DNA from: Eledone cirrhosa | Taxonomy: Eukaryota | Direction of reading: 5' to 3' | NCBI GenBank assembly: GCA_964016885.1 | Contig: OZ024741.1 | Coordinates: forward strand, 245,396,001-245,460,000 | DNA length: 64,000 nucleotides | In this document: positions 13,401-27,400 of the stretch, one piece after another | Position numbering within the stretch: the stretch's first letter is position 1 | Layout: each line of letters opens with the position of its first letter | The notes under the pieces: generated by a model | What the model was told of the DNA's origin: nothing | The model's input: only the letters and a program-made list of their open reading frames with translations | The model's database searches: none | Translations under genes and position numbers: made by a program

Positions 13401-16400
13401 ATGGGTTTTTTTAATGGCTTTTTTAAATGGATTTTTTTAATGGTTTTTTTTTAATGGGTTTTTTAAATGGATTTTTTAATGGATTTTTAATTGATTTTTA
13501 ATGGATTTTTAATGGGTTTTTAATGGATTTTTTTAAATGGATTTTTTTAATGGATTTTTAATGGATTTTTTTAAATTGATTTTTTTAATGGATTTTTTTT
13601 TTAATGGATTTTTTTTAATGGATTTTTGTTTTAATGGATTTTTTTTAATGGGTTTTTTAAATGGATTTTTTAATGGATTTTTAATGGATTTTTAATGGGT
13701 TTTTAATGGATTTTTTTAAATGGATTTTTTTAATGGATTTTTAATGGCTTTTTTTAAATTGATTTTTTTAATGGGTTTTTTTAATGGCTTTTTTTTAATG
13801 GGTTTTTTTAATGGCTTTTTTAAATGGATTTTTTTAATGGATTTTTTTAATGGATTTTTTTTAATGGGTTTTTTAAATGGATTTTTTAATGGATTTTTTT
13901 AAATGTTTTTTTTAATGGATTTTTAATGGATTTTTTTAAATTGATTTTTTTTAATGGATTTTTTTTAATGGATTTTTTTTTAATGGATTTTTTTAATGGG
14001 TTTTTTTAATGGCTTTTTTAAATGGATTTTTTTAATGGATTTTTTTATTGGATTTTTTTAATGGGTTTTTTAATGGATTTTTAATGGATTTTTTTAAATT
14101 GATTTTTTTTAATGTATTTTTTTTTTAATGGATTTTTTTTTAATGGATTTTTTTTTAATGGATTTTTTTTAATGGGTTTTTTTAATGGGTTTTTTAAATG
14201 GATTTTTTAATGGATTTTTAATAGATTTTTAATGGATTTTTAATGGGTTTTTAATGGATTTTTTAAATGGATTTTTTTTAATGGATTTTTTTTAATGGGT
14301 TTTTTAAATGGATTTTTTTAATGGATTTTTAATGGATTTTTAATGGATTTTTAATGGTTTTTAATGGATTTTTTAAATGGATTTTTTTAATGGATTTTTT
14401 ATGGATTTTTTAAATTGATTTTTTTAATGGATTTTTTTTAATGGATTTTTTTTAATGGATTTTTTTTTTTAATGGATTTTTTTTAATGGGTTTTTTTAAT
14501 GGCTTTTTTAAATGGATTTTTTTAATGGATTTCTTTAATGGATTTTTTTAATGGATTTTTTTTAATGGGTTTTTTTAATGGCTTTTTTAAATGGATTTTT
14601 TTAATGGATTTTTTTTAATGGGTTTTTTTTTAATGGATTTTTTTTAATGGATTTTTTAAATGGATTTTTTTAATGAATTTTTTTTAATGGGTTTTTTTAA
14701 ATGGATTTTTTTTAATGGATTTTTTAAATGAATTTTTTTAATGGATTTTTTTAATGGGTTTTTTAAATGGATTTTTTAATGGATTTTTAATGGATTTTTA
14801 ATGGGTTTTTAATGGATTTTTTAATGGATTTTTTTAAATGGATTTTTTTAATGGATTTTTAATGGATTTTTTTTAATGGATTTTTTTAATGGATTTTTTA
14901 ATGGATTTTTTAATGGATTTTTTTTAATGGATTTTTTTAATGGATTTTTTAAATGGATTTTTTAATGGATTTTTTTAATGGGTTTTTTTTAATGGATTTT
15001 TTTTTAATGGATTTTTTAAATGGATTTTTTTAATGGATTTTTTTTAATGGGTTTTTTAAATGGATTTTTTAATGGATTTTTAATGGATTTTTAATGGATT
15101 TTTAATGGGTTTTTAATGGATTTTTTTAAATGGATTTTTTTAATGGATTTTTAATGGATTTTTTTAAATTGATTTTTTTTAATGGATTTTTTTTTTAATG
15201 GATTTTTTTTTAATGGATTTTTTTTTAATGGATTTTTTTAATGGGTTTTTTAAATGGATTTTTTAATGGATTTTTAATGGATTTTTAATGGGTTTTTTTA
15301 AATTGATTTTTTTAATGGGTTTTTTTTAATGGCTTTTTTTTAATGGGTTTTTTTAATGGCTTTTTTAAATGGATTTTTTTAATGGATTTTTTAATGGATT
15401 TTTTTTAATGGGTTTTTTAAATGGATTTTTTAATGGATTTTTTTAAATGGATTTTTTTAATGGATTTTTAATGGATTTTTTTAAATTGATTTTTTTTAAT
15501 GGATTTTTTTTAATGGATTTTTTTTTTAATGGATTTTTTTAATGGGTTTTTTTAATGGCTTTTTTAAATGGATTTTTTTAATGGTTTTTTTTTAATGGGT
15601 TTTTTAAATGGATTTTTTAATGGATTTTTAATTGATTTTTAATGGATTTTTAATGGATTTTTAATGGGTTTTTAATGGATTTTTTTTAATGGATTTTTTT
15701 AATGGATTTTTAATGGATTTTTTTAATGGATTTTTTTAATGGGTTTTTTTAATGGATTTTTTTTTAATGGATTTTTTTAATGGGTTTTTTTTAATGGATT
15801 TTTTTTAATGGATTTTTTAAATGGATTTTTTTAATGGATTTTTTTTAATGGGTTTTTTTAAATGGATTTTTTTTAATGGATTTTTAAATGAATTTTTTTA
15901 ATGGATTTTTTAATGGGTTTTTTAAATGGATTTTTTAATGGATTTTTAATGGATTTTTAATGGATTTTTAATGGATTTTTTAATGGATTTTTTTAAATGG
16001 ATTTTTTTAATGGATTTTTAATCCATTTTTTTTAATGGATTTTTTTAATGGATTTTTTTTTTAATGGATTTTTTTTTAATGGATTTTTTTTTAATGAATT
16101 TTTTTTAATGGGTTTTTTAAATGGATTTTTTAATGGATTTTTAATGGATTTTTAATGGGTTTTTAATGGATTTTTTAATGGATTTTTTTAAATGGATTTT
16201 TTTAATGGATTTTTAATGGATTTTTTTTAATGGATTTTTTTAATGGATTTTTTAATGGATTTTTTAATGGATTTTTTTTAATGGATTTTTTTAATGGATT
16301 TTTTAAATGGATTTTTTTAATGGATTTTTTTAATGGTTTTTTTTTTATGGATTTTTTTTAATGGATTTTTTAAATGGATTTTTTTAATGGATTTTTTTTA

Positions 16401-17360
16401 ATGGGTTTTTTAAATGGATTTTTTAATGGATTTTTAATGGATTTTTAATGGATTTTTAATGGGTTTTTAATGGATTTTTTTAAATGGATTTTTTTAATGG
16501 ATTTTTAATGGATTTTTTTAAATTGATTTTTTTTAATGGATTTTTTTTTTAATGGATTTTTTTTTAATGGATTTTTTTTTAATGGATTTTTTTAATGGGT
16601 TTTTTAAATGGATTTTTTAATGGATTTTTAATGGATTTATAATGGGTTTTTTTAAATTGATTTTTTTAATGGGTTTTTTTAATGGCTTTTTTTAAATGGG
16701 TTTTTTTAATGGCTTTTTTAAATGGATTTTTTTAATGGATTTTTTAATGGATTTTTTTTAATGGGTTTTTTAAATGGATTTTTTAATGGATTTTTTTAAA
16801 TGGATTTTTTTAATGGATTTTTAATGGATTTTTTTAAATTGATTTTTTTTAATGGATTTTTTTTAATGGATTTTTTTTTTAATGGATTTTTTTAATGGGT
16901 TTTTTTAATGGCTTTTTTAAATGGATTTTTTTAATGGTTTTTTTTTAATGGGTTTTTTAAATGGATTTTTTAATGGATTTTTAATTGATTTTTAATGGAT
17001 TTTTAATGGGTTTTTAATGGATTTTTGAAATGGATTTTTTAATGGATTTTTTTTAATGGGTTTTTTAAATGGATTTTTTTAATGGATTTTTAATGGATTT
17101 TTAATGGATTTTTAATGGGTTTTTAATGGATTTTTTAAATGGATTTTTTTAATGGATTTTTAATGGATTTTTTTAATGGATTTTTTTTAATGGTTTCTTT
17201 TAATGGATTTTTTTTTAATGGATTTTTTTTAATGGGTTTTTTTTTAATGGATTTTTTTTAATGGATTTTTTTAATGGATTTTTTAATGGATTTTTAATGA
17301 ATTTTTTTTAATGGATTTTTTTAATGGATTTTTTAATGGATTTTTTTATGGATTTTTTTT
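4830..17360 (+). repeat. Higher-order duplication, offset ~7,470 bp (the 5.57-kb unit plus an extra ~1.9-kb block at about 10.4-12.3 kb)
   Basis: TTTTTGTTTT 6158/13628, AATAGA 6753/14223, identical ORF translation at 6250/13720, AATGCA 8552 aligned with AATCCA 16024. Confidence 0.88.
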
Positions 17361-19030
17361 AATGGATTTTTTTAATGGGTTTTTTTTAATGGATTTTTTT
17401 AATGGGTTTTTTTAATGGATTTTTTTTTAATGGATTTTTTTAATGGGTTTTTTTTAATGGATTTTTTTTAATGGATTTTTTAAATGGATTTTTTTAATGG
17501 ATTTTTTTTAATGGGTTTTTTTAAATGGATTTTTTTTAATGGATTTTTAAATGAATTTTTTTAATGGATTTTTTAATGGGTTTTTTAAATGGATTTTTTA
17601 ATGGATTTTTAATGGATTTTTAATGGATTTTTAATGGATTTTTTAATGGATTTTTTTAAATGGATTTTTTTAATGGATTTTTAATGCATTTTTTTTAATG
17701 GATTTTTTTAATGGATTTTTTTTTTAATGGATTTTTTTTTAATGGATTTTTTTTTAATGAATTTTTTTTAATGGGTTTTTTAAATGGATTTTTTAATGGA
17801 TTTTTAATGGATTTTTAATGGGTTTTTAATGGATTTTTTAATGGATTTTTTTAAATGGATTTTTTTAATGGATTTTTAATGGATTTTTTTTAATGGATTT
17901 TTTTAATGGATTTTTTAATGGATTTTTTAATGGATTTTTTTTAATGGATTTTTTTAATGGATTTTTTAAATGGATTTTTTTAATGGATTTTTTTAATGGT
18001 TTTTTTTTAATGGATTTTTTTTAATGGATTTTTAAATGGATTTTTTTAATGGATTTTTTTTAATGGGTTTTTTAAATGGATTTTTTAATGGATTTTTAAT
18101 GGATTTTTAATGGATTTTTAATGGGTTTTTAATGGATTTTTTTAAATGGATTTTTTTAATGGATTTTTAATGGATTTTTTTAAATTGATTTTTTTTAATG
18201 GATTTTTTTTTTAATGGATTTTTTTTTAATGGATTTTTTTTTAATGGATTTTTTTAATGGGTTTTTTAAATGGATTTTTTAATGGATTTTTAATGGATTT
18301 ATAATGGGTTTTTTTAAATTGATTTTTTTAATGGGTTTTTTTAATGGCTTTTTTTAAATGGGTTTTTTTAATGGCTTTTTTAAATGGATTTTTTTAATGG
18401 ATTTTTTAATGGATTTTTTTTAATGGGTTTTTTAAATGGATTTTTTAATGGATTTTTTTAAATGGATTTTTTTAATGGATTTTTAATGGATTTTTTTAAA
18501 TTGATTTTTTTTAATGGATTTTTTTTAATGGATTTTTTTTTTAATGGATTTTTTTAATGGGTTTTTTTAATGGCTTTTTTAAATGGATTTTTTTAATGGT
18601 TTTTTTTTAATGGGTTTTTTAAATGGATTTTTTAATGGATTTTTAATTGATTTTTAATGGATTTTTAATGGGTTTTTAATGGATTTTTGAAATGGATTTT
18701 TTAATGGATTTTTTTTAATGGGTTTTTTAAATGGATTTTTTTAATGGATTTTTAATGGATTTTTAATGGATTTTTAATGGGTTTTTAATGGATTTTTTAA
18801 ATGGATTTTTTTAATGGATTTTTAATGGATTTTTTTAATGGATTTTTTTTAATGGTTTCTTTTAATGGATTTTTTTTTAATGGATTTTTTTTAATGGGTT
18901 TTTTTTTAATGGATTTTTTTTAATGGATTTTTTTAATGGATTTTTTTTAATGGATTTTTTTAATGGATTTTTTAATGGATTTTTAATGGATTTTTTTTAA
19001 TGGATTTTTTTAATGGATTTTTTAATGGAT
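15740..19030 (+). repeat. Local tandem duplication, ~1,662 bp
   Basis: AATCCA 16024 / AATGCA 17687 and TTGAAATGG 17027/18689. The monomer string at 15739 restarts at 17401. Confidence 0.8.
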
Positions 19031-21870
19031 TTTTTTATGGATTTTTTTTAATGGATTTTTTTTAATGGATTTTTTAAATGGATTTTTTTAATGGATTTTT
19101 TGAATGGGTTTTTTTAATGGATTTCTTTTTAATGGATTTTTTAAATGGATTTTTTTAATGGATTTTTTTAATGGGTTTTTTAAATGGATTTTTTAATGTA
19201 TTTTTAATGGATTTTTAATGGATTTTTAATGGGTTTTTAATGGATTTTTTTTAATGGATTTTTTTAATGGATTTTTAATGGATTTTTTTAATGGATTTTT
19301 TTTAATGGGTTTTTTTTAATGGATTTTTTTTTAATGGATTTTTTTAATGGGTTTTTTAAATGGATTTTTTACTGGATTTTTAATGGATTTTTAATGGGTT
19401 TTTAATGGATTTTTTTAAATTGATTTTTTTAATGGGTTTTTTTTAATGGCTTTTTTTTAATGGGTTTATTTAATGGCTTTTTTAAATGGATTTTTTAAAT
19501 GGATTTTTTTAATGGATTTTTTTTAATGGGTTTTTTAAATGGATTTTTTAATGGATTTTTTTAAATTGATTTTTTTTAATGGATTTTTTTTTTAATGGAT
19601 TTTTTTAATGGTTTTTTTTAATGGCTTTTTTAAATGGATTTTTTTAATGGATTTTTTTAATGGATTTTTTTTAATGGGTTTTTTAAATGGATTTTTTAAT
19701 GGATTTTTAATAAATTTTTAATGGATTTTTAATGGGTTTTTAATGGATTTTTTAAATGGATTTTTTTAATGGATTTTTTTTAATGGGTTTTTTAAATGGA
19801 TTTTTTTAATGGATTTTTAATGGATTTTTAATGGATTTTTAATGGTTTTTAATGGATTTTTTAAATGGATTTTTTTAATGGATTTTTTATGGATTTTTTA
19901 AATTGATTTTTTTTAATGGATTTTTTTAATGGATTTTTTTTAATGGATTTTTTTTTTTAATGGATTTTTTTTTAATGGGTTTTTTTAATGGCTTTTTTAA
20001 ATGGATTTTTTTAATGGATTTCTTTAATGGATTTTTTTAATGGATTTTTTTTTAATGGGTTTTTTTAATGGCTTTTTTAAATGGATTTTTTTAATGGATT
20101 TTTTTTAATGGGTTTTTTTTTAATGGATTTTTTTTAATGGATTTTTTAAATGGATTTTTTTAATGAATTTTTTTTAATGGGTTTTTTTAAATGGATTTTT
20201 TTTAATGGATTTTTTAAATGAATTTTTTTAATGGATTTTTTTAATGGTTTTTTTTTTAATGGATTTTTTTTAATGGGTTTTTTAAATGGATTTTTTAATT
20301 GATTTTTAATGGATTTTTAATGGGTTTTTAATGGATTTTTGAAATGGATTTTTTAATGGATTTTTTTTAATGGGTTTTTTAAATGGATTTTTTTAATGGA
20401 TTTTTAATGGATTTTTAATGGATTTTTAATGGGTTTTTAATGGATTTTTTAAATGGATTTTTTTAATGGATTTTTAATGGATTTTTTTAATGGATTTTTT
20501 TTAATGGTTTCTTTTAATGGATTTTTTTTTAATGGATTTTTTTTAATGGGTTTTTTTTTAATGGATTTTTTTTAATGGATTTTTTTAATGGATTTTTTAA
20601 TGGATTTTTAATGGATTTTTTTTAATGGATTTTTTTAATGGATTTTTTAATGGATTTTTTTATGGATTTTTTTTAATGGATTTTTTTTAATGGATTTTTT
20701 AAATGGATTTTTTTAATGGATTTTTTGAATGGGTTTTTTTAATGGATTTCTTTTTAATGGATTTTTTAAATGGATTTTTTTAATGGATTTTTTTAATGGG
20801 TTTTTTAAATGGATTTTTTAATGTATTTTTAATGGATTTTTAATGGATTTTTAATGGGTTTTTAATGGATTTTTTTTAATGGATTTTTTTAATGGATTTT
20901 TAATGGATTTTTTTAATGGATTTTTTTTAATGGGTTTTTTTTAATGGATTTTTTTTTAATGGATTTTTTTAATGGGTTTTTTAAATGGATTTTTTACTGG
21001 ATTTTTAATGGATTTTTAATGGGTTTTTAATGGATTTTTTTAAATTGATTTTTTTAATGGGTTTTTTTTAATGGCTTTTTTTTAATGGGTTTATTTAATG
21101 GCTTTTTTAAATGGATTTTTTAAATGGATTTTTTTAATGGATTTTTTTTAATGGGTTTTTTAAATGGATTTTTTAATGGATTTTTTTAAATTGATTTTTT
21201 TTAATGGATTTTTTTTTTAATGGATTTTTTTAATGGTTTTTTTTAATGGCTTTTTTAAATGGATTTTTTTAATGGATTTTTTTAATGGATTTTTTTTAAT
21301 GGGTTTTTTAAATGGATTTTTTAATGGATTTTTAATAAATTTTTAATGGATTTTTAATGGGTTTTTAATGGATTTTTTAAATGGATTTTTTTAATGGATT
21401 TTTTTTAATGGGTTTTTTAAATGGATTTTTTTAATGGATTTTTAATGGATTTTTAATGGATTTTTAATGGTTTTTAATGGATTTTTTAAATGGATTTTTT
21501 TAATGGATTTTTTATGGATTTTTTAAATTGATTTTTTTTAATGGATTTTTTTAATGGATTTTTTTTAATGGATTTTTTTTTTTAATGGATTTTTTTTTAA
21601 TGGGTTTTTTTAATGGCTTTTTTAAATGGATTTTTTTAATGGATTTCTTTAATGGATTTTTTTAATGGATTTTTTTTTAATGGGTTTTTTTAATGGCTTT
21701 TTTAAATGGATTTTTTTAATGGATTTTTTTTAATGGGTTTTTTTTTTATGGATTTTTTTTAATGGATTTTTTAAATGGATTTTTTTAATGAATTTTTTTT
21801 AATGGGTTTTTTTAAATGGATTTTTTTTAATGGATTTTTTAAATGAATTTTTTTAATGGATTTTTTTAAT
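18640..21870 (+). repeat. Local tandem duplication, ~1,625-1,650 bp
   Basis: ACTGGA 19372/20997, AATAAAT ~19709/~21334, TTGAAATGG 18689/20341. The 27-bp offset difference fits two extra monomers near 18.95 kb. Confidence 0.8.
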
Positions 21871-22889
21871 GGGTTTTTTAAATGGATTTTTTAATGGATT
21901 TTTAATGGATTTTTAATGGGTTTTTAATGGATTTTTAAATTGATTTTTTTAAATGTATTTTTTTAATGGATTTTTAATGGATTTTTTTTAATGGATTTTT
22001 TTAATGGATTTTTTAATGGATTTTTTAATGGATTTTTTTTAATGGATTTTTTTAATGGATTTTTTAAATGGATTTTTTAATGGATTTTTTTAATGGGTTT
22101 TTTTTAATGGATTTTTTTTTAATGGATTTTTTAAATGGATTTTTTTAATGGCTTTTTTAAATGGATTTTTTTAATGGTTTTTTTTTAATGGGTTTTTTAA
22201 ATGGATTTTTTAATGGATTTTTAATGGATTTTTAATGGATTTTTAATGGGTTTTTAATGGATTTTTTTAAATGGATTTTTTTAATGGATTTTTAATGGAT
22301 TTTTTTAAATTGATTTTTTTTAATGGATTTTTTTTTTAATGGATTTTTTTTTAATGGATTTTTTTTAATGGATTTTTTTAATGGGTTTTTTAAATGGATT
22401 TTTTAATGGATTTTTAATGGATTTTTAATGGGTTTTTTTAAATTGATTTTTTTAATGGGTTTTTTTTAATGGGTTTTTTTAATGGCTTTTTTAAATGGAT
22501 TTTTTTAATGGATTTTTTAATGGATTTTTTTTAATGGGTTTTTTAAATGGATTTTTTAATGGATTTTTTTAAATGGATTTTTTTAATGGATTTTTAATGG
22601 ATTTTTTTAAATTGATTTTTTTTAATGGATTTTTTTTAATGGATTTTTTTTTTAATGGATTTTTTTAATGGGTTTTTTTAATGGCTTTTTTAAATGGATT
22701 TTTTTAATGGTTTTTTTTTAATGGGTTTTTTAAATGGATTTTTTAATGGATTTTTAATTGATTTTTAATGGATTTTTAATGGGTTTTTAATGGATTTTTG
22801 AAATGGATTTTTTAATGGATTTTTTTTAATGGGTTTTTTAAATGGATTTTTTTAATGGATTTTTAATGGATTTTTAATGGATTTTTAAT

Positions 22890-23430
22890 GGGTTTTTAAT
22901 GGATTTTTTTTAATGGGTTTTTTAAATGGATTTTTTTAATGGATTTTTAATGGATTTTTAATGGATTTTTAATGGGTTTTTAATGGATTTTTTAAATGGA
23001 TTTTTTTAATGGATTTTTAATGGATTTTTTAAATTGATTTTTTTTAATGGGTTTTTTTAAATGGATTTTTTTTAATGGATTTTTTAAATGGATTTTATAA
23101 TGGCTTTTTTTAATGGGTTTTTTAAATAGATTTTTTAATGAATTTTTAATGGATTTTTAATGGGTTTTTAATGGATTTTTTTTAATGGGTTTTTTAAATG
23201 GATTTTTTTAATGGATTTTTAATGGATTTTTAATGGATTTTTAATGGGTTTTTAATGGATTTTTTAAATGGATTTTTTTAATGGATTTTTAATGGATTTT
23301 TTAAATTGATTTTTTTTAATGGGTTTTTTTAAATGGATTTTTTTAAATGGATTTTTTAAATGGATTTTATAATGGCTTTTTTTAATGGGTTTTTTAAATA
23401 GATTTTTTAATGAATTTTTAATGGATTTTT
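22890..23430 (+). repeat. Short tandem duplication, 272 bp (~21 monomers), at the A/B sub-family boundary
   Basis: GGATTTTATAATGGC 23097/23369 and AAATAGA 23128/23400. Confidence 0.8.
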
Positions 23431-24479
23431 AATGGATTTTTAATGGATTTTTAATGGATTTTTTAATGACTTTTTTTAAATGGATTTTTTTAATGGATTT
23501 TTAATGGATTTTTTTTAATGGATTTTTTTTAATGGATTTTTTTAATGGATTTTTTTTTTTTTTATGGATTTTTTTTAATGGGTTTTTTTAATGGCTTTTT
23601 TAAATGGATTTTTTTAATGGATTTTTTTAATGGATTTTTTAAATGGGTTTTTTAAATGGATTTTTTAATGTATTTTTAATGGATTTTTAATGGATTTTTA
23701 ATGGTTTTTTAATGGATTTTTAATGGATTTTTTTAATGGATTTTTAATGGATTTTTTTAATGGATTTTTTTTAATGGGTTTTTTTAATGGATTTTTTTTA
23801 ATGAATTTTTTTTAATGGGTTTTTTTTTAATGGATTTTTTTTAATGGATTTTTTAAATGGATTTTTTTAATGGGTTTTTTAATAGGGTTTTTTTAAATGG
23901 ATTTTTTTAAATGGATTTTTTAAATGAATTTTTTTAATGGATTTTTTTAATGGGTTTTTTAAATGGATTTTTTAATGGATTTTTAATGGATTTTTAATGG
24001 GTTTTTAATGGATTTTTTAATGGATTTTTTTAAATGGATTTTTTTAATGGATTTTTAATGGATTTGTTTTAATGGATTTTTTTAATGGATTTTTTAATGG
24101 ATTTTTTTATGGATTTTTTTTAATGGATTTTTTTTAATGGATTTTTTAAATGGATTTTTTTAATGGATTTTTTTAATGGATTTTTTTTAATGGGTTTTTT
24201 AAATGGATTTTTTTTAATGGATTTTTTAAATTAATTTTTTTAATGGATTTTTTTAATGGGTTTTTTTAAATGGATTTTTTTTAATGGATTTTTTAAATGA
24301 ATTTTTTTAATGGATTTTTTTAATGGGTTTTTTAAATGGATTTTTTAATGGATTTTTAATGGATTTTTAATGGGTTTTTAATGGATTTTTTAATGGATTT
24401 TTTTAAATGGATTTTTATAATGGATTTTTAATGGATTTTTTTTAATGGATTTTTTTAATGGATTTTTTAATGGATTTTT

Positions 24480-27400
24480 TTATGGATTTATTTTAATGGA
24501 TTTTTTTAATGGATTTTTTAAATTGATTTTTTTAATGGATTTTTTTAATGGGTTTTTTTTAATGGATTTTTTTTTAATGGATTTTTTAAATGGATTTTTT
24601 AATGTATTTTTAATGGATTTTTAATGGATTTTTAATGGGTTTTTAATGGATTTTTTTAAATGGATTTTTTTAATGGATTTTTAATGGATTTTTTTAATGG
24701 ATTTTTTTTAATGGGTTTTTTTTAATGGATTTTTTTTTAATGGATTTTTTTTAATGGGTTTTTTTTTTAATGGATTTTTTTTAATGGATTTTTTAAATGG
24801 ATTTTTTTAATGGATTTTTTTTAATGGGTTTTTTTAAAAGGATTTTTTTAAATGGATTTTTTTTAATGGATTTTTTAAATGAATTTTTTTAATGGGTTTT
24901 TTTTTTAATGGATTTTTTTAAATGGATTTTTTAAATGGATTTTTTTAATGGATTTTTTTAATGGGTTTTTTTAAATGGATTTTTTTAAATGGATTTTTTT
25001 TAATGGATTTTTTAAATGAATTTTTTTAATGGATTTTTTTAATGGGTTTTTTAAATGGATTTTTTAATGGATTTTTAATGGATTTTTAATGGGTTTTTAA
25101 TGGATTTTTTAATGGATTTTTTGAAATGGATTTTTTTAATGGATTTTTAATGGATTTTTTTTAATGGATTTTTTTAATGGATTTTTTAATGGATTTTTTT
25201 ATGGATTTTTTTTAATGGATTTTTTTTAATGGATTTTTTAAATGGATTTTTTTAATGGATTTTTTTAATGGGTTTTTTTTTAATGGATTTTTTTTTAATG
25301 GATTTTTTAAATGGATTTTTTTAATGGATTTTTTTTAATGGGTTTTTTAAATGGATTTTTTAATGGATTTTTAATGGATTTTTAATGGATTTTTAATGGG
25401 TTTTTAATGGATTTTTTTTAATGGGTTTTTTTAATGGATTTTTAATGGATTTTTTTAAATTGATTTTTTTTAATGGATTTTTTTTTTAATGGATTTTTAT
25501 TTAATGGATTTTTTTTTAATGGATTTTTTTTAATGGGTTTTTTAAATGGATTTTTTAATGGATTTTTAATGGATTTTTAATGGGTTTTTAATGGATTTTT
25601 TTAAATGGATTTTTTAATGGATTTTTAATGGATTTTTTTAAATTGATTTTTTTAATGGGTTTTTTTTAATGGCTTTTTTTTAATGGGTTTTTTTAATGGC
25701 TTTTTTAAATGGATTTTTTTAATGGATTTTTTCAATGGATTTTTTTTAATGGGTTTTTTAAATGGATTTTTTAATGGATTTTTTTAAATGGATTTTTTTA
25801 ATGGATTTTTAATGGATTTTTTTAAATTGATTTTTTTTAATGGATTTTTTTTAATGGATTTTTTTAATGGGTTTTTTTAATGGGTTTTTTAAATGGATTT
25901 TTTAATGGATTTTTAATGGATTTTTAATGGATTTTTAATGGGTTTTTAATGGATTTTTTAAATGGATTTTTTTAATGGATTTTTTTTAATGGGTTTTTTA
26001 AATGGATTTTTTTAATGGATTTTTAATGTATTTTTAATGGATTTTTAATGGGTTTTTAATGGAATTTTTAAATGGATTTTTTTAATGGATTTTTTAAATT
26101 GATTTTTTTTAATGGGTTTTTTTAAATGGATTTTTTTTAATGGATTTTTTAAATGGATTTTTTAATGGCTTTTTTTAATGGGTTTTTTAAATGGATTTTT
26201 TAATGGATTTTTAATGGATTTTTAATGCATTTTTAATGGATTTTTAATGGATTTTTTAATGAGTTTTTTAAATGGATTTTTTTAATGGATTTTTAATGGA
26301 TTTTTTTCTATGGATTTTTTTAATGGATTTTTTTTAATGGATTTTTTTTTTAATGGATTTTTTTTTAATGGGTTTTTTTAATGGCTTTTTTAAATGGATT
26401 TTTTTAATGGATTTTTTTAATGGATTTTTTTAATGGATTTTTTTAATGGTTTTTTTAAATGGATTTTTTAATGGATTTTTAATGGATTTTTAATGGATTT
26501 TTAATGGGTTTTTAATGGATTTTTTTAAATGGATTTTTTTAATGGATTTTTAATGGATTTTTTTAATGGATTTTTTTTAATGGTTTCTTTTAATGGATTT
26601 TTTTTTAATGGATTTTTTTTAATGGGTTTTTTTTAATGGATTTTTTTTAATGGAATTTTTAAATGGATTTTTTTAATGGATTTTTTTTAATGGGTTTTTT
26701 TAAATGGATTTTTTTTAATGGATTTTTTAAATGAATTTTTTTAATGGATTTTTTTAATGGGTTTTTTAAATGGATTTTTTAATGGATTTTTAATGGATTA
26801 TTAATGGGTTTTTAATGGATTTTTTAATGGATTTTTTTAAATGAATTTTTTTAATGGATTTTTAATGGATTTTTTTTAATGGATTTTTTTAATGGATTTT
26901 TTAATGGATTTTTTTATGGATTTTTTTTAATGGATTTTTTTTAATGGATTTTTTAAATGGATTTTTTTAATGGATTTTTTTAATGGGTTTTTTTAATGGA
27001 TTTCTTTTTAATGGATTTATTAAATGGATTTTTTTAATGGATTTTTTTAATGGGTTTTTTAAATGGATTTTTTAATGTATTTTTAATGGATTTTTAATGG
27101 ATTTTTAATGGGTTTTTAATGGATTTTTTTAAATGGATTTTTTTAATGGATTTATAATGGATTTTTTTAATGGATTTTTTTTAATGGGTTTTTTTTAATG
27201 GATTTTTTTTTAATGGATTTTTTTTAATGGGTTTTTTTTTTAATGGATTTTTTTTAATGGATTTTTTAAATGGATTTTTTTAATGGATTTTTTTTAATGG
27301 GTTTTTTTAAATGGATTTTTTTAAATGGATTTTTTTTAATGGATTTTTTAAATGAATTTTTTTAATGGATTTTTTTAATGGGTTTTTTAAATGGATTTTT

